NCBI GenBank assembly: GCA_002269645.1
Contig: NIVC01004159.1
Coordinates: forward strand, 1 to 57,419
Direction of reading: 5' to 3'
From: Macrostomum lignano
Taxonomy: Eukaryota
DNA length: 57,419 nt
This document shows positions 40,516 through 52,330 of this stretch, piece by piece (the stretch's first letter is position 1; every line of letters begins with the position of its first letter). The position numbers and the translations under genes were made by a program. Under the pieces are notes generated by a model. It did not search any database. It saw nothing but the letters and a program-made list of their open reading frames with translations, and was not told where the DNA came from.

Positions 40516-43152
40516 ATAATGTGTACAAATCTGACGATTACAAAGTCAAAGGACCGCTGTAGACCCTGTGTGAGGGTGTGTGCGAGTGCGTGTCTGCGTA
40601 CAAGCAAATGTGGGATGCAAATGCTTATAAACGTTTTTAATATGTAAGTTTACTAAGTGCAAAATGTTACTATGGGTAGGGAAATGGTTAATAATATTGT
40701 TAGTCAGATTAGTGGGAAAATATGGTAGTAGTTTTCAGGGAATATGGACAGAGCTATTATATAGATCTCCCATCACTTGGCAGGGTGCAACCACGTGATG
40801 CAGTCAGGATGTCATGTATTAATTATTAGTGTTGTATTTCCATACATACATGTAATGCGAGCTTATTCGACACAACTTTTATAATTTTGTTGCTTCTCTC
40901 GACTGGCAATTAGTGCCTATGCATAGTTTAGAACTACGAAGTATTTCTTTTGCGCAGATTTGGCCTGTCTCACATTATGCGTGTATGTGTGTTGGAAATG
41001 CTTGTATTGAGTGTTTTTTAGCATAAACAATTTCTCTGGTTAATTGTTTGCCTGTAAATTTATCTTTAGTAATTATACTGTTCATTTGGTATGCTATTGA
41101 ATAGAGAAAGCACAGGTTATTAGTAATTTAATATACAAGTTATTCAAACGTCTTTGACGACATCGTTCCACATAATCCACTAACCATGCAGCGGGGTTCT
41201 ATGTCGGAATTCGTTAGAATCGAATGTGATACTCTGTGTATCTTTTTTAAGCGCGGTATAGTCATAGGGGCAACGAAAAGTCTCTCTCACGGTAGCCCAT
41301 CGATAACTTTGGTTGACAAAAAAGTCGAAATTTAGGCAAATAAGCTTTATGCGCAGTAGTGTAGTGCAGCTATATATACTGGTAGGATATATTGTAGACT
41401 CTTCATTACGTTATTTTCACCGCTGAAAAGTAGTCAATTTTATCCGTAATCTGGAGATAGCGCCCTCTTTTAAGACTAACTAAATGGATTCCTGACTAAG
41501 TCAGTGATGAATTACAGTAGACCTCACTGGGTTGGGAGGTGCAGTATATATATTATATAGCTATATATACTCTAGACATAGTAAGGTGATTTATTTATAA
41601 CCGGGACTCTGAGGTGATATCTGACGGGAGAGAGAGCGAGAGCCTTTACGAGATATCGCAACAATTTGTGGCCTATATACAATGCAATGCAGCAATAGTG
41701 GTGGTGCTTTTCAACTGTTCTCTTAAAAATACTAAGTACTCGTAAATTAATCATTAATTAGGCGCACTTTGTCTGACCATAAATTTGACACGTGACTGTG
41801 CAGGATTCTCTCGCAAATCGCATGGGAAATCGATGAACCAACTGAATACAAAATCTGAATATAACTGTCTCTGCCCCCATTGTGAAGGCAATTAAATTCA
41901 AAAAGGGAATAAACAGTGCTTGTAAAAAGCCTTATACAGGCGCAAATTTGTTCATTTTTTCCAGATTAAGGACGTTAAAAGCAACGAGCCAAATTTGGAA
42001 GCCTGAAAGCCGGCCATCTAGCCTAAAGGTATCAGCATCACCTTCCCAGTGACACCCTAATTCCCTAAATACGACGAATTTGAGTGATCACGTTGTAAAT
42101 AAAAGATATCGTAATAAATTTGCTATCTAATTCATTAGAATAAGCTCAAATATAACCTGTGTTTTAATGTTTTGCGCAACTTATTCAAGCTATTGTCAGC
42201 ATAAACGCTTACTGATATACCGCACAACTGAGAATATCTCCTGCCAACCAAGTCTCTCTATCTGACCCGATCGAGTCCTTTGAAACTTCACAATAGCAAT
42301 CCGGCCAGCTCAGGTTTTGAGTATCTTCTCAGTTTGATCTCTGCTCTCTAATCTTCTCTGTTCTCTTTTCTCTCTTTGTTTTACTGGAACTCTACCTGAC
42401 TTCATTTAACATTAATTGTAGAAAAATCTTGTTTCAAAACGGTCCTACCTGTAGAGTACGGATCGCATATACCAGCTTGCTGCATCAAAATTTGTCAATT
42501 AGACCCGAATGAGTGACACTCAGAGTGACACAGTCTGAATTAATCTGCAAACGTATTTAATATGCCATATAAAATCTGATGATTATCGCACGGGTCAAAG
42601 TTCTTAAGTGTTTAGGAACAAGCAGTTCAATGTTTGCGTGCCAGTTGCAATAGAACTATATGCATAGCTAATTTTACTTTGGTACGATGTGGTTTTCTGA
42701 GGTTCACTCTTAGGGTTTTGTTAATGGAATTAGCTATGCTGTAATTGCACCAAAAAGGATTGGGATTTAAAAGTACAAATTTACAGAGACGACCTTGCAC
42801 TTTTAAATAGTACAAGTGCAGGTAGGGGATTAGCAATTTGTGATTAGCTTCAGGTACGTAGAAATGCAAAAGTCTAATTCTGCATAGCTAATTATATCTT
42901 AGAACTTTCGATTTTGTCCAATCGATAATAAGTCCATTAAAAATCAGCAACTATAACATTTCTAACTATTGCTTCGAGCCTATTGTCAGTCAAGCAGATA
43001 GACAACTCAACCAAACTGCAGAGGATCGCCATTTAGCAGCAGTAGATTTGGTCTTGCCCATAGACATAGACGGAAAAAGCAAGCAAGTTGATCATTCGGC
43101 CATAGACATCAGCACAAAGGAGCTGGATATGCCAGCGGCAACATTTCTCATA

Positions 43153-43173
43153 GTCTCTCTCTCTCTCTCTCTC

Positions 43174-43258
<85 letters not shown>
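43153..43258. repeat. (CT)n microsatellite
   Basis: Directly visible. Confidence 0.95.
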
Positions 43259-43260
<2 letters not shown>

Positions 43261-43523
43261 TAAAAAACGATCAATAAGGATCCAGGATTAGAGAATACCA
43301 AGGCTCACGGAGAATTGATTGTTGATGGCAGTACAAAACCATAAGTAAACGAGCACAACAAGTGACAAGCAGCAGTGACCGCACCATAGAACGGTTTTTG
43401 CGAAGCAAAGCATTGAAGAGTAGAAATTTGTATTTGTGAAAAAAACATTTAGGAAAGCAGATTAGCAGTTAAAAACAAACACCCCCTAGTGAAAGCGACA
43501 AGCTAACGATCAAACATTCCGGC

Positions 43524-44822
43524 TCAGAGACTAACATCCAGACTGTTTCGCAGAACGACATGCCAAAGCTTGATCCAGAGACCTTCGAAAAATTCATTTT
43601 TATAAGCTGTTAGGAAAATATAGTCCATAATCCTTTCAGAGGCCAGACTAGGGACCAAAGTGGTGTATCCGTGGCCTCTCCAGAACCCGGCGATCGGGAC
43701 ACCCATCGAAGCTGCCAGAGTGCCGGTCACGTGAACATCGTCAATCCAGAAGAACTGCTTGAACAGAGAGCACAGGTAGATACTGGCGACGTGCTTAGCG
43801 TTGAGAATGTAGCCGAAGCCCTCGCAGTAGGTTGGGTAATATTTTTGAGGAAACTCTACCTTCTTAACCAGCCACTTAGCCATGCTGCCTCTGCCGATTC
43901 TCTGCGGCTTCGCGCCACGGGTGGCGGAGCAGTAGAAACTGGATGGAGCGCCCTGGCTCAAGAAGGTCGCCAAGTGTGCAACGTCCGTGAACGTGTCGTC
44001 GTCGACCTTGACGAGATACTTGGCCGACTGGCAGTGTCGCAGGACCCACTCGTACACAGCCAGGTGCTTGATGCTCATGTTCCTGTAGTTCTCGGTGTAG
44101 TTCAGCTGCACGATGTCGCCGAACCGGTCGCTCTCCGCATCGAGCAGAGCCTCGAGCTGCGCTCCGGTCGCTCCGGACTCGTCCGAGTCTCCCGACGCTG
44201 GCCGGCCGAGAAAGAAGGCCACCTCGATGCGGTACCGTCCGACGTACCTGAGCGATCCCCACGTTCTGCGGATGGTCGCTCGACGACCGAGGTTCTTCGC
44301 GTTGCTGTGAACCGCCACCAATGCCAGCAGGTCGCCCGCGGTGCACAGGTGATCCGCCATGTGCACAAAGTCGTAGGTTTGCACGTAACGAAGTGCCGGA
44401 CTCTGGAGGCCTCCGCACTTGCCGGCTGCGCTCTGCAGCTGCTTCTGGGTGACCGCCGAACCCAGCGACTTGAGTTTAGTCAGCAGCTTTGAGTACAGGC
44501 GCGAGTCGCTCGCTCGCTTAATTCGCTCCATCAAAGTCAGCGGAGGTGCTGTGGTCGTGTGCAGCTTTCTCTGTGTTTTCTTTAAAGTACTTAGCCTGTT
44601 TTTCGTTGTGTTGGTAACGGGTAAACTATTGTTTATTAGAAGTTCAGTCTTTAAATCTGCTTCTACTCTGGACTTGGTTTTGGGCGCATCAGCTGCGGCC
44701 TTCAAAGAGCCGTAGACGCTGCTGCCGGTGACGCAGAGTTGAAGCGTTACCGCAGTGTACAGCAGCATCAGCAGTAGCAGCCGAGAGTATCGTTTCTCAC
44801 TGAATGTCAGCGTCCGAAGCAT
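43524..44822 (-). CDS. GT31 family beta-1,3-galactosyltransferase-like protein, copy A (single exon)
   Basis: N-terminal TM helix (LLLLMLLYTAVTLQL), RRATIRRTWG, FFLG, ESDRFGDIVQ, ENYRNMSIK, DxD motif KVDDD, YPTYCEGFGY, WIDDVHVTG. First ATG at 44822; the track ORF extends to a TTG at 44846. Confidence 0.9.
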   Translation of the reverse strand: MLRTLTFSEKRYSRLLLLMLLYTAVTLQLCVTGSSVYGSLKAAADAPKTKSRVEADLKTELLINNSLPVTNTTKNRLSTLKKTQRKLHTTTAPPLTLMERIKRASDSRLYSKLLTKLKSLGSAVTQKQLQSAAGKCGGLQSPALRYVQTYDFVHMADHLCTAGDLLALVAVHSNAKNLGRRATIRRTWGSLRYVGRYRIEVAFFLGRPASGDSDESGATGAQLEALLDAESDRFGDIVQLNYTENYRNMSIKHLAVYEWVLRHCQSAKYLVKVDDDTFTDVAHLATFLSQGAPSSFYCSATRGAKPQRIGRGSMAKWLVKKVEFPQKYYPTYCEGFGYILNAKHVASIYLCSLFKQFFWIDDVHVTGTLAASMGVPIAGFWRGHGYTTLVPSLASERIMDYIFLTAYKNEFFEGLWIKLWHVVLRNSLDVSL

Positions 44823-46660
44823 TCTTGTCCTAAGATTGTGCCTCAAATCAGATATTCTATTGTACGCAATGATTGCGGAAAGCAGCCCGACCTACATGTT
44901 TTTAGTTTTAACTATGCAATTGTGTAATGTAATAAAATACACTCTCTTTTCTGCCTTATTTATGCAAATAGCTAGCTAGTGGTGTGCAGTAGTTTGCGCC
45001 GCAAAATTTCTAGAAGCGTTCGTTCATTGGCTGCTACCAAAAAGTAATTGCTTCTACGTCGTATATTCACGGCCTAGTTGTGTCTTTTTTATATATTGGA
45101 CTCGAGGCGGAGGCCGCAGCCTTTTAATTATCCTTTGATGAATTAATTTTTTTTTCCATTTTTAATAAGTCTTGCTACTGAATTTTGTTGTACGATTACA
45201 AAGTTTGCGTTGCTTGCTTAAGGCTAGGTCACACCGCCATCAAATACGACCAAATTTCCAGTGTGATCGCGAGACTTGTACAGCAATTTTCATTCCTTTC
45301 AGTACATCGGTCCTGACTCCTGTTATTATAGATGTCTAATTTGTCGGCAGTGTTAATGACTTGTTGAAAACGAGGGTAAATATTGGGGGGGGGTTAATAA
45401 ATAACTAATAGCCTAAGGTCGATTAGCACGATTTTAGGATAAATGAACGTTACTTGACGTTGTTTTCCACTAATTTACTTTACGGAGGATAAATTTACGT
45501 TAATTTGCGAGTTTGTTAACCAAATTAACCTACAAAAGTGACTGTGTTTAACTAATCTAAATTCGCTTTTTTCGAAAGTTAAACTGTGGTAAATTAACGA
45601 ATCAAAAGTTTCTTTTCGTTTATTTTGCTTCCAAGATTAACCCTCGTTTTTAACGGGGAGCTTATATAGTGAGCATCTGATACACTTATGCTAAGATCTA
45701 GAATATATTAACTTTCCCATTAACCTTATAGTCACTACAGTTGGATTAAAGCCTCGTCATTGTTGACTACTGGTTTCGAGGTTGTAATTTTAATATATAT
45801 GTTTCTGAGTGTAGATTAAAAGTTAGTAACCTTCTGAGCCTTCGAAAGCGCTAGTGTATGCACATGTATACATGTGTTGTATGCGTGCATTTTATCAAAG
45901 GTTAGATTGGTTGATAAAATCAGCTAACTCAATATTTCACAAATATACTCAGCAATATTAAAACCCAGCAACTTCTGTAGATTAAACAGATTGTACTCGT
46001 AACTCAAACATTGCAACTATGTACGTGAAACTAATAAACGGTTTTATCATTATTTTTGTATTTATGCACCCATTGCTCAGCGTGTTAATATAGTTGTGCA
46101 ACTTTCAAGGCAGATCCTAGAAAAGTTGATTACTGGCGCAACGGGTGCATGGCAACTTTTCAAATGTTTCTGAGTACATATTGAGTACATAGGGAAAACT
46201 GTATCTGTACCTACGACCACTTCTTGGTGCAGTTTTTGCATACACAATTCGCTTTCAAATTATTTCAATTTTTTTCTCGTAATATCTTAGCTTTTAAAAG
46301 CCAACAACGTTGCTGTGCATTTCTGTTACATAGATGTGTCGCTCCACATTCGCTGATGTATTTAGCAGCCGACACTAACAAAGCGGTCATGTCAGAGCAG
46401 CAGAAGCCGCAGTCTATGGTCATATTATATACCCCAGGTTTTCGCTCTGCGGCCCAGCTAGGTACATAAAATACGAGCATAGTTGAGGCAGCATCAGTCA
46501 GCTCAATTGTCTCTTTAAAGAAACGTGCACAATGCAGTTTAAATAGAAGCGAGGATCATGTAGATCTAGCTATATACACACTTAAATTGTGCGACTTCAG
46601 CTCAACTGTAAAGGCTGTTGCACAAATAAAACTAGCTAACTGTTAAACAGAAAGGATACA

Positions 46661-48211
46661 ATGAACCACATCGGCGGTCTATCTTCGTGCGGAAAAGGTG
46701 CGCCAAATTCGAACCGTCGACTAAAGATAGTCCGACTGGCGACGCACATAAGTCTGGGACGATGGACATGCTTGATCCTACTTCTGCTGTACCTCACTGT
46801 GACTCTACAGCTAACAGTTCGTGGCAGCAGCCTGTTGAGTCACGAAAAACAGCTTGTACCAAAGGTTGTCGGCGCCAGCTCGCTTCCAGACGCTCGAAAT
46901 TTGGATGGTGAGCCTAGTTTAGAGCTGAGCAGCAATGCTGAACTTGAAGTCAGAAGCATTCAGCGCCCCATCTCGGCGCTCAAGTCTAGCCTACCAAAGA
47001 TTAGAAAAATCAAATCGTTGAGACAAGGCATTGCAGACGAGCCTTTATCTAACGAGTACCTAGCTGGAAGAGACAGTTTCATTTCTGAGAATCCATTCCG
47101 AAATCTTCTCCCTAAACAAGGAATTGAAAATCCAGCCAAGAATATGGAAGAGAAATATAGCGATCCCAGTCTTCAACCTTCGAGTGATAACTTAGTTGAC
47201 CTGAATATCATGGAGCGAATCGAGGGAGCGAGCGACTCGCGCCTGTACTCAAAGCTGCTGACTAAACTCAAGTCGCTGGGTTCGGCGGTCACCCAGCAGC
47301 AGCTGCAGAGCGCAGCCGGCAAGTGCGGAGGCCTCCAGAGTCCGGCACTTCGTTACGTGCAAACCTACGACTTTGTGCGCATGGCGGATCACCTGTGCAC
47401 CGCGGGCGACCTGCTGGCGTTGGTGGCGGTTCACAGCAACGCGAAGAACCTCGGTCGTCGAGCGACCATCCGCAGAACGTGGGGATCACTCAGGTACGTC
47501 GGACGGTACCGCATCGAGGTGGCCTTCTTTCTCGGCCGGCCAGCGTCGGGAGACTCGGACGAGTCCGGAGCGACCGGAGCGCAGCTCGAGGCTCTGATCG
47601 ATGCGGAGAGCGACCGGTTCGGCGACATCGTGCAGCTGAACTACACCGAGAACTACAGGAACATGAGCATCAAGCACCTGGCTGTGTACGAGTGGGTCGT
47701 GCGACACTGCCAGTCGGCCAAGTATCTCGTCAAGGTCGACGACGACACGTTCACGGACGTTGCACACTTGGCGACCTTCCTGAGCCAGGGTGCTCCATCC
47801 GGTTTCTACTGCTCCGCCACCAGAAGCGCGAGACCACAAAGATTTCCTCGCAAAGCAAAATGGTCTGTTAGTTATCGCGAGTTTCCCGGCAGTTTCTACC
47901 CAACCTACTGCGAGGGCTTCGGCTACATTCTCAACGCTAAGCACGTCGCCAGCATCTACCTGTGCTCTCTGTTCAAGCCGTTCTTCTGGATTGACGATGT
48001 TTACGTTACGGGAATTTTAGCAACATCAACGGGTGTCCCAATATCCGGGTTCTGGAGAGGTCACGGATACGCCCCTTTGGTGCCGAGTCTTGCGTCCGAA
48101 GCAATAGTGGACTACATTTTTCTGACCGCAGAGCGCAGCGACTTTTTTGATGTTGTTCAGCACAAACTGTGGCGTTCCGTATTGCAGCACAGTCTTAATG
48201 TGGCGTTGTAA
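46661..48211 (+). CDS. GT31 family beta-1,3-galactosyltransferase-like protein, copy B (single exon)
   Basis: 516-aa ORF with a type II membrane anchor, stem and Galactosyl_T-like domain (KVDDD, YPTYCEGFGY, IDDVYVTG). Confidence 0.92.
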   Translation: MNHIGGLSSCGKGAPNSNRRLKIVRLATHISLGRWTCLILLLLYLTVTLQLTVRGSSLLSHEKQLVPKVVGASSLPDARNLDGEPSLELSSNAELEVRSIQRPISALKSSLPKIRKIKSLRQGIADEPLSNEYLAGRDSFISENPFRNLLPKQGIENPAKNMEEKYSDPSLQPSSDNLVDLNIMERIEGASDSRLYSKLLTKLKSLGSAVTQQQLQSAAGKCGGLQSPALRYVQTYDFVRMADHLCTAGDLLALVAVHSNAKNLGRRATIRRTWGSLRYVGRYRIEVAFFLGRPASGDSDESGATGAQLEALIDAESDRFGDIVQLNYTENYRNMSIKHLAVYEWVVRHCQSAKYLVKVDDDTFTDVAHLATFLSQGAPSGFYCSATRSARPQRFPRKAKWSVSYREFPGSFYPTYCEGFGYILNAKHVASIYLCSLFKPFFWIDDVYVTGILATSTGVPISGFWRGHGYAPLVPSLASEAIVDYIFLTAERSDFFDVVQHKLWRSVLQHSLNVAL

Positions 48212-48561
48212 AATTCCCCTGCAAGCAGCTTGCGTGCCTCTCGAATAAGCACTTTGAAAGTCACTATTGTTCTACGAGCTAAATGCAGCTGTTTTGAGCA
48301 CGTTTGAGTACGCTATCCCTATCCCTTGACTTCGATAGACTCTCCCTCTCGTTCAGACGCACTTGATGGCAATTTTGTTAAGGGCAAGACTCACCTCAGT
48401 TACTCGCATTTATATGTACTGTATAGTAGCCACCAGTTTTTGAGCAATGGATTTGAGCAAAATTCAAGTCAAATAGAACTTTCTTGTTTCTCCTCCGCTT
48501 TTATTTAACGATGGACTTTTTTCGGTAGTAAAAACTTTAAGTCTGTTAAGTTTTGTTTAAT

Positions 48562-48812
48562 GGCGTCCCCGTCTCTTGGTAGGTGCCCCTGTCTCTTAGA
48601 GGGCGCCCCTGTCTCTTGGTGGGTGCCCCTGTCTCTCGGTGGGTGCCCCTGTCTCTTAGAGGGCGCCCCTGTCTCTTGGTGGACGCCCCTGTCTCTTGGT
48701 GGACGCCCCTGTCTCTTGGTGGACGCCCCTGTCTCTTGGTGGACGCCCCTGTCTCTTGGTGGACGCCCCTGTCTCTGGTGGACGCCCCTATCTCTTGGTG
48801 AGCGCCCCTGTC
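48562..48812. repeat. ~20-bp minisatellite (GGACGCCCCTGTCTCTTGGT)n
   Basis: Directly visible. Confidence 0.9.
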
Positions 48813-50251
48813 TGGTGCGCGCCCCTACCCCTACTTCCTAGATGGTTGGATGCCAGACTAAACTTCATTATAAAACTTCAAATTAAATTTTTCATTCGCA
48901 ATTTTTACAAAATTTCATTTGAAAAAAATCCCAATATGGCTAAGCAATCAGATTCAATATGAAATGCTAATTAGGCAAGCTAAATGCCATTATGGCAGGC
49001 TAGAGAGTGCTGTAATAAAGATGTACAATATACTTCAGCCGGAACATACATGTATTTGTACAAAGCATTTTTATTATAGTTGGCATTTTAAATACACTAA
49101 TTATAAACCAAACTATACACTGTCTATATGGTCAAAAGGTAAATGCGTGGGAAGCTGCATAATTGCATGCTTCAACTGAGAGCTGCGAAGTTGGCATTTT
49201 ATTTTTAATCTTTACTCTACGAATGTGCGAGATTTCCAAATGCCAATGTCTGTGCCTTAAACTCATTAGCATGCACCGACAGTATACCTTTCGTGTTCTT
49301 TTTGTTTTTTATTCATTCAAATCGGGCGGCTCCCAGCAGTTCGACGTTATAGCGTCCTAGAAGAGATTTTACGTCAGCAAACCAGAGAAAGCCACAGACA
49401 ACAGAAATCAATTTGGTTTTAACTGCGAACACTTACAAGTAAAGGAGGCCTAAAGTAAATAATGGTGCAAAGAGGACTATACGTTATAGAATCAGTCTGG
49501 TAAACAGAGAGAGGATACCAAATGCATACGTGACTGGTGTTTTAGGAGTTTTATGTCTACGAAATAACCCGAATTTGATACCGAAAAAGCTGAATTTCCA
49601 GGCGATTTCAGTTGTTAGCCTATGGTAAATGCGAACTCTACGTACTGGGCTAAATTGGCACCAAATGGGACACAATAAGAACCAAAAAGGAAGCAGAAAA
49701 AGTACTTAAAGGTACCGATTTAAGCCTAGCCGTTTGTGTAGTAGACAGTAACGGCGGGTGTAAAATAGGTAAAAATAAAGGTGTTTTTGCCATAGACAGT
49801 GATGGGGTGTGAAATGAAGTCAGTCGGTGGCAAGGAGTTCTATAAGTAGCAATCTGGAGTGGAAGCGAGTTTTACCTCATGAGGCCACGCCAATTGTAAA
49901 GAAAAGGAGCCAGCACTTAATGTCTATGGCTCTGTCTGACTCTGTCTATGCTAGTCTGGGGGGTCTTTCTCGAAAGCAACTTACGATCGGACCATAGACG
50001 TAAGTTGGGGAGGAAGTGCTCTTGGCTTGCTCGAAAGTCTCGCAACTTGAAACGACTTATGATCGATCGCAACTTTGCGAGCTCGTAACTTTGTGCGCAA
50101 AAGACTGTTTCTCGAAACGTTGGTATGTCTATGGTCTTTCGTAAGGTTAATCTTAACCCTACGACTGCTCGGTATCAGTCGTGAGAAGCACTTATCGAAG
50201 AGATCTCAGGGTACGATATCTTTAATACTGCAAGTGACAGCAGCAAAGACC

Positions 50252-50493
50252 ATGGCGACCAAGTGCCAACCCAACTTCTCGCCTGGAGAAAAGGAAGAGT
50301 TGTTGAATTACGTAAACAAGTACCTCGATACTATCAGATTCTAAAGACCAAAAAGTCGAGATGCAATGGAAAAAGAAAGCAGTTTGGGAGGCTATCAGAT
50401 CAGATCAGAATCGCGCATAATGCAAGGACCAGCGTGGTCCCGAAGGGTACGATCTCGACCCAATGCGCGGTCAGCAACATGCAGACGCAGTAG
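50252..50493 (+). pseudogene. Frameshifted Myb/SANT-like DNA-binding protein remnant (Harbinger accessory gene)
   Basis: MATKCQPNFSPGEKEELLNYVNKYLDTI resembles the Myb_DNA-bind_5 N-terminus (PNF...EK..LL..V.KY...I). It continues in another frame (..QIRIAHNARTSVVPKGTISTQ..SNM..). Confidence 0.55.
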
Positions 50494-52000
50494 GACAGTA
50501 GCGAGTACGAGCTATGAAGTCCATTTAATTAACTTTGAAATTAATTTTAAGCACCAATATGTATAAGATAATAACTTTATAATGCCCATTCTGTGGTCAG
50601 AAAGTCCGAGGACCATTGAATGCGGCCGAGGACTTTCTGGCCATAGACATTGCATTATAATGCTATTATAGTATGTAAACCAAGGACAACTTACGAGTAT
50701 GCATTGGCAACTGAAAGCATGCGCATACGGATGGGCCATAGAACAATGCTTTTAAACGAGCCTCATACTTTTTTCGCTTTGAATTGGCTCGTTTCCGGTC
50801 CTGAGTTATCAAGTTGTCCTTGATGTAAACTTCACTTACGCCAAACTGCATGGATTTCAATGAGCAGGACGCTTACCAAAATTTCAAATGCCATATACAA
50901 ATGTATACAGTATTGGAAAATTACTTAAGACACATACAAGCTGACTAGCTGGAGCAGGCTTTAACCACTTTTCAACTCGTGCTGTACGTCGGTCTTGACG
51001 AAATCGATTTGTCGTTCGACCAATTATTTATGGATATGGAGCCAGCTCAAGATGCGAAAAGAGTCAATAACGATGACACACCTACGAGACCACTTGATAA
51101 TAATACTGACGGCTGAAGATTTACAATGAAATCTGGACGACATATAAAGGCATCCAGTTCCCAGGCTCGACTTATGGCTGAGACTCCTCAGTGATGGCAC
51201 TATCCCTAGAACTGTTTTGTCTCTGCATGGTTGTCTCCAGCTCTCAACAGATAGACGTTCGCGTTTGAACCTCTTGGATCGACAGGTCAGGATGCTGTAC
51301 CACGTGCTGAGAAAAAACGTTCTGTCGACAAGGTGGAGATTATCGATGAGAGGGTTGTGGTGTTTTTCAAGTGATTGTAGTAAAAAATTCGATGAGCCTT
51401 GGTTGAAGCTAATTGATTAAACTGTTATTTGCTATTATCTAGATTATTTGCTATTTTGTACGAGCTAATAAATATATGTTTGCCTTCCTGAAGACACTTT
51501 TGCTTTATGTTTCTTACGGACCATTGCATCATATATGCCGAAAATATACGTACAAAAAGAATATATACCGAAGCAGACAAAAACCATTGGAATCGTTGCC
51601 CACTTCGGCCATAGACGACATTTTTCGCTTCTCGATAACTTGCGAACTGCGTAAGTTGCGAGAACCCTAGGTTAGCTTCGAGAAACAGCTTTACAGCTGG
51701 TCTTACGCCAAGCGCAAAGTTCGGACTTACGCCTGCACTTACCATAGGGTCTCCGAGGGTCTTTCTCGAAACTATTGTAAGTTCTATGTAAGTGTAGTCG
51801 TTAGTCAGAACTTTGCACTCACCGTAAGATTGGTCGTAAAGCTGTTTCTCGAAGCTAACTTAGAGTTCTCGCAACTTACGCAGGTCGCAAGTTGACAGGA
51901 AGCAAAAAATACTTGTCTATGGTCAATGGTGGTATCGTTTCCGACGATATGTGCCGCGTAGTATATAGAAGCATATACGTGTATTCAAGAAGCTGAGAAA

Positions 52001-52330
52001 ATGGACTTCATGCTTGCGATTGCGCTACTCCGGATGAGAGCTGCTGAACGTGCAGTGGGTCGCGATCGTCGACTTCGGGATTATGCTGATCCGTTGTATA
52101 TGCGCGATTCCGAACTAATTGACCGCTATCGATTTCCTCGTGTCATCATTTTGGACATTGTGACACTTGAACGAGACTCATGTCAAATTTTGAACGTTTT
52201 CTTGGGAGCCACGTTGAAATTAATCAGACCATGGCCGGATTCCATTTGATCGCCGGACTGCCACATGTCACTGGTGCTATCGACTGCACACATGTCGCTA
52301 TCATGAAACATGAAATCGTGCAGGGGGTGT
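52001..52330 (+). pseudogene. Internally deleted Harbinger (HARBI1-like) DDE transposase remnant
   Basis: RDYADPLYMRDSELIDRYRFPRVIILDIV (N-terminal motif) is followed in another frame by FHLIAGLPHVTGAIDCTHVAI (first catalytic Asp motif GxIDCTH). The HTH segment between them and the rest of the DDE domain are missing. Confidence 0.8.

Noticed and set aside
39833-40519. 228-aa ORF with TGISELTFxP repeats
   Set aside because: Non-ATG start, no domain, openness explained by the 30-bp unit.
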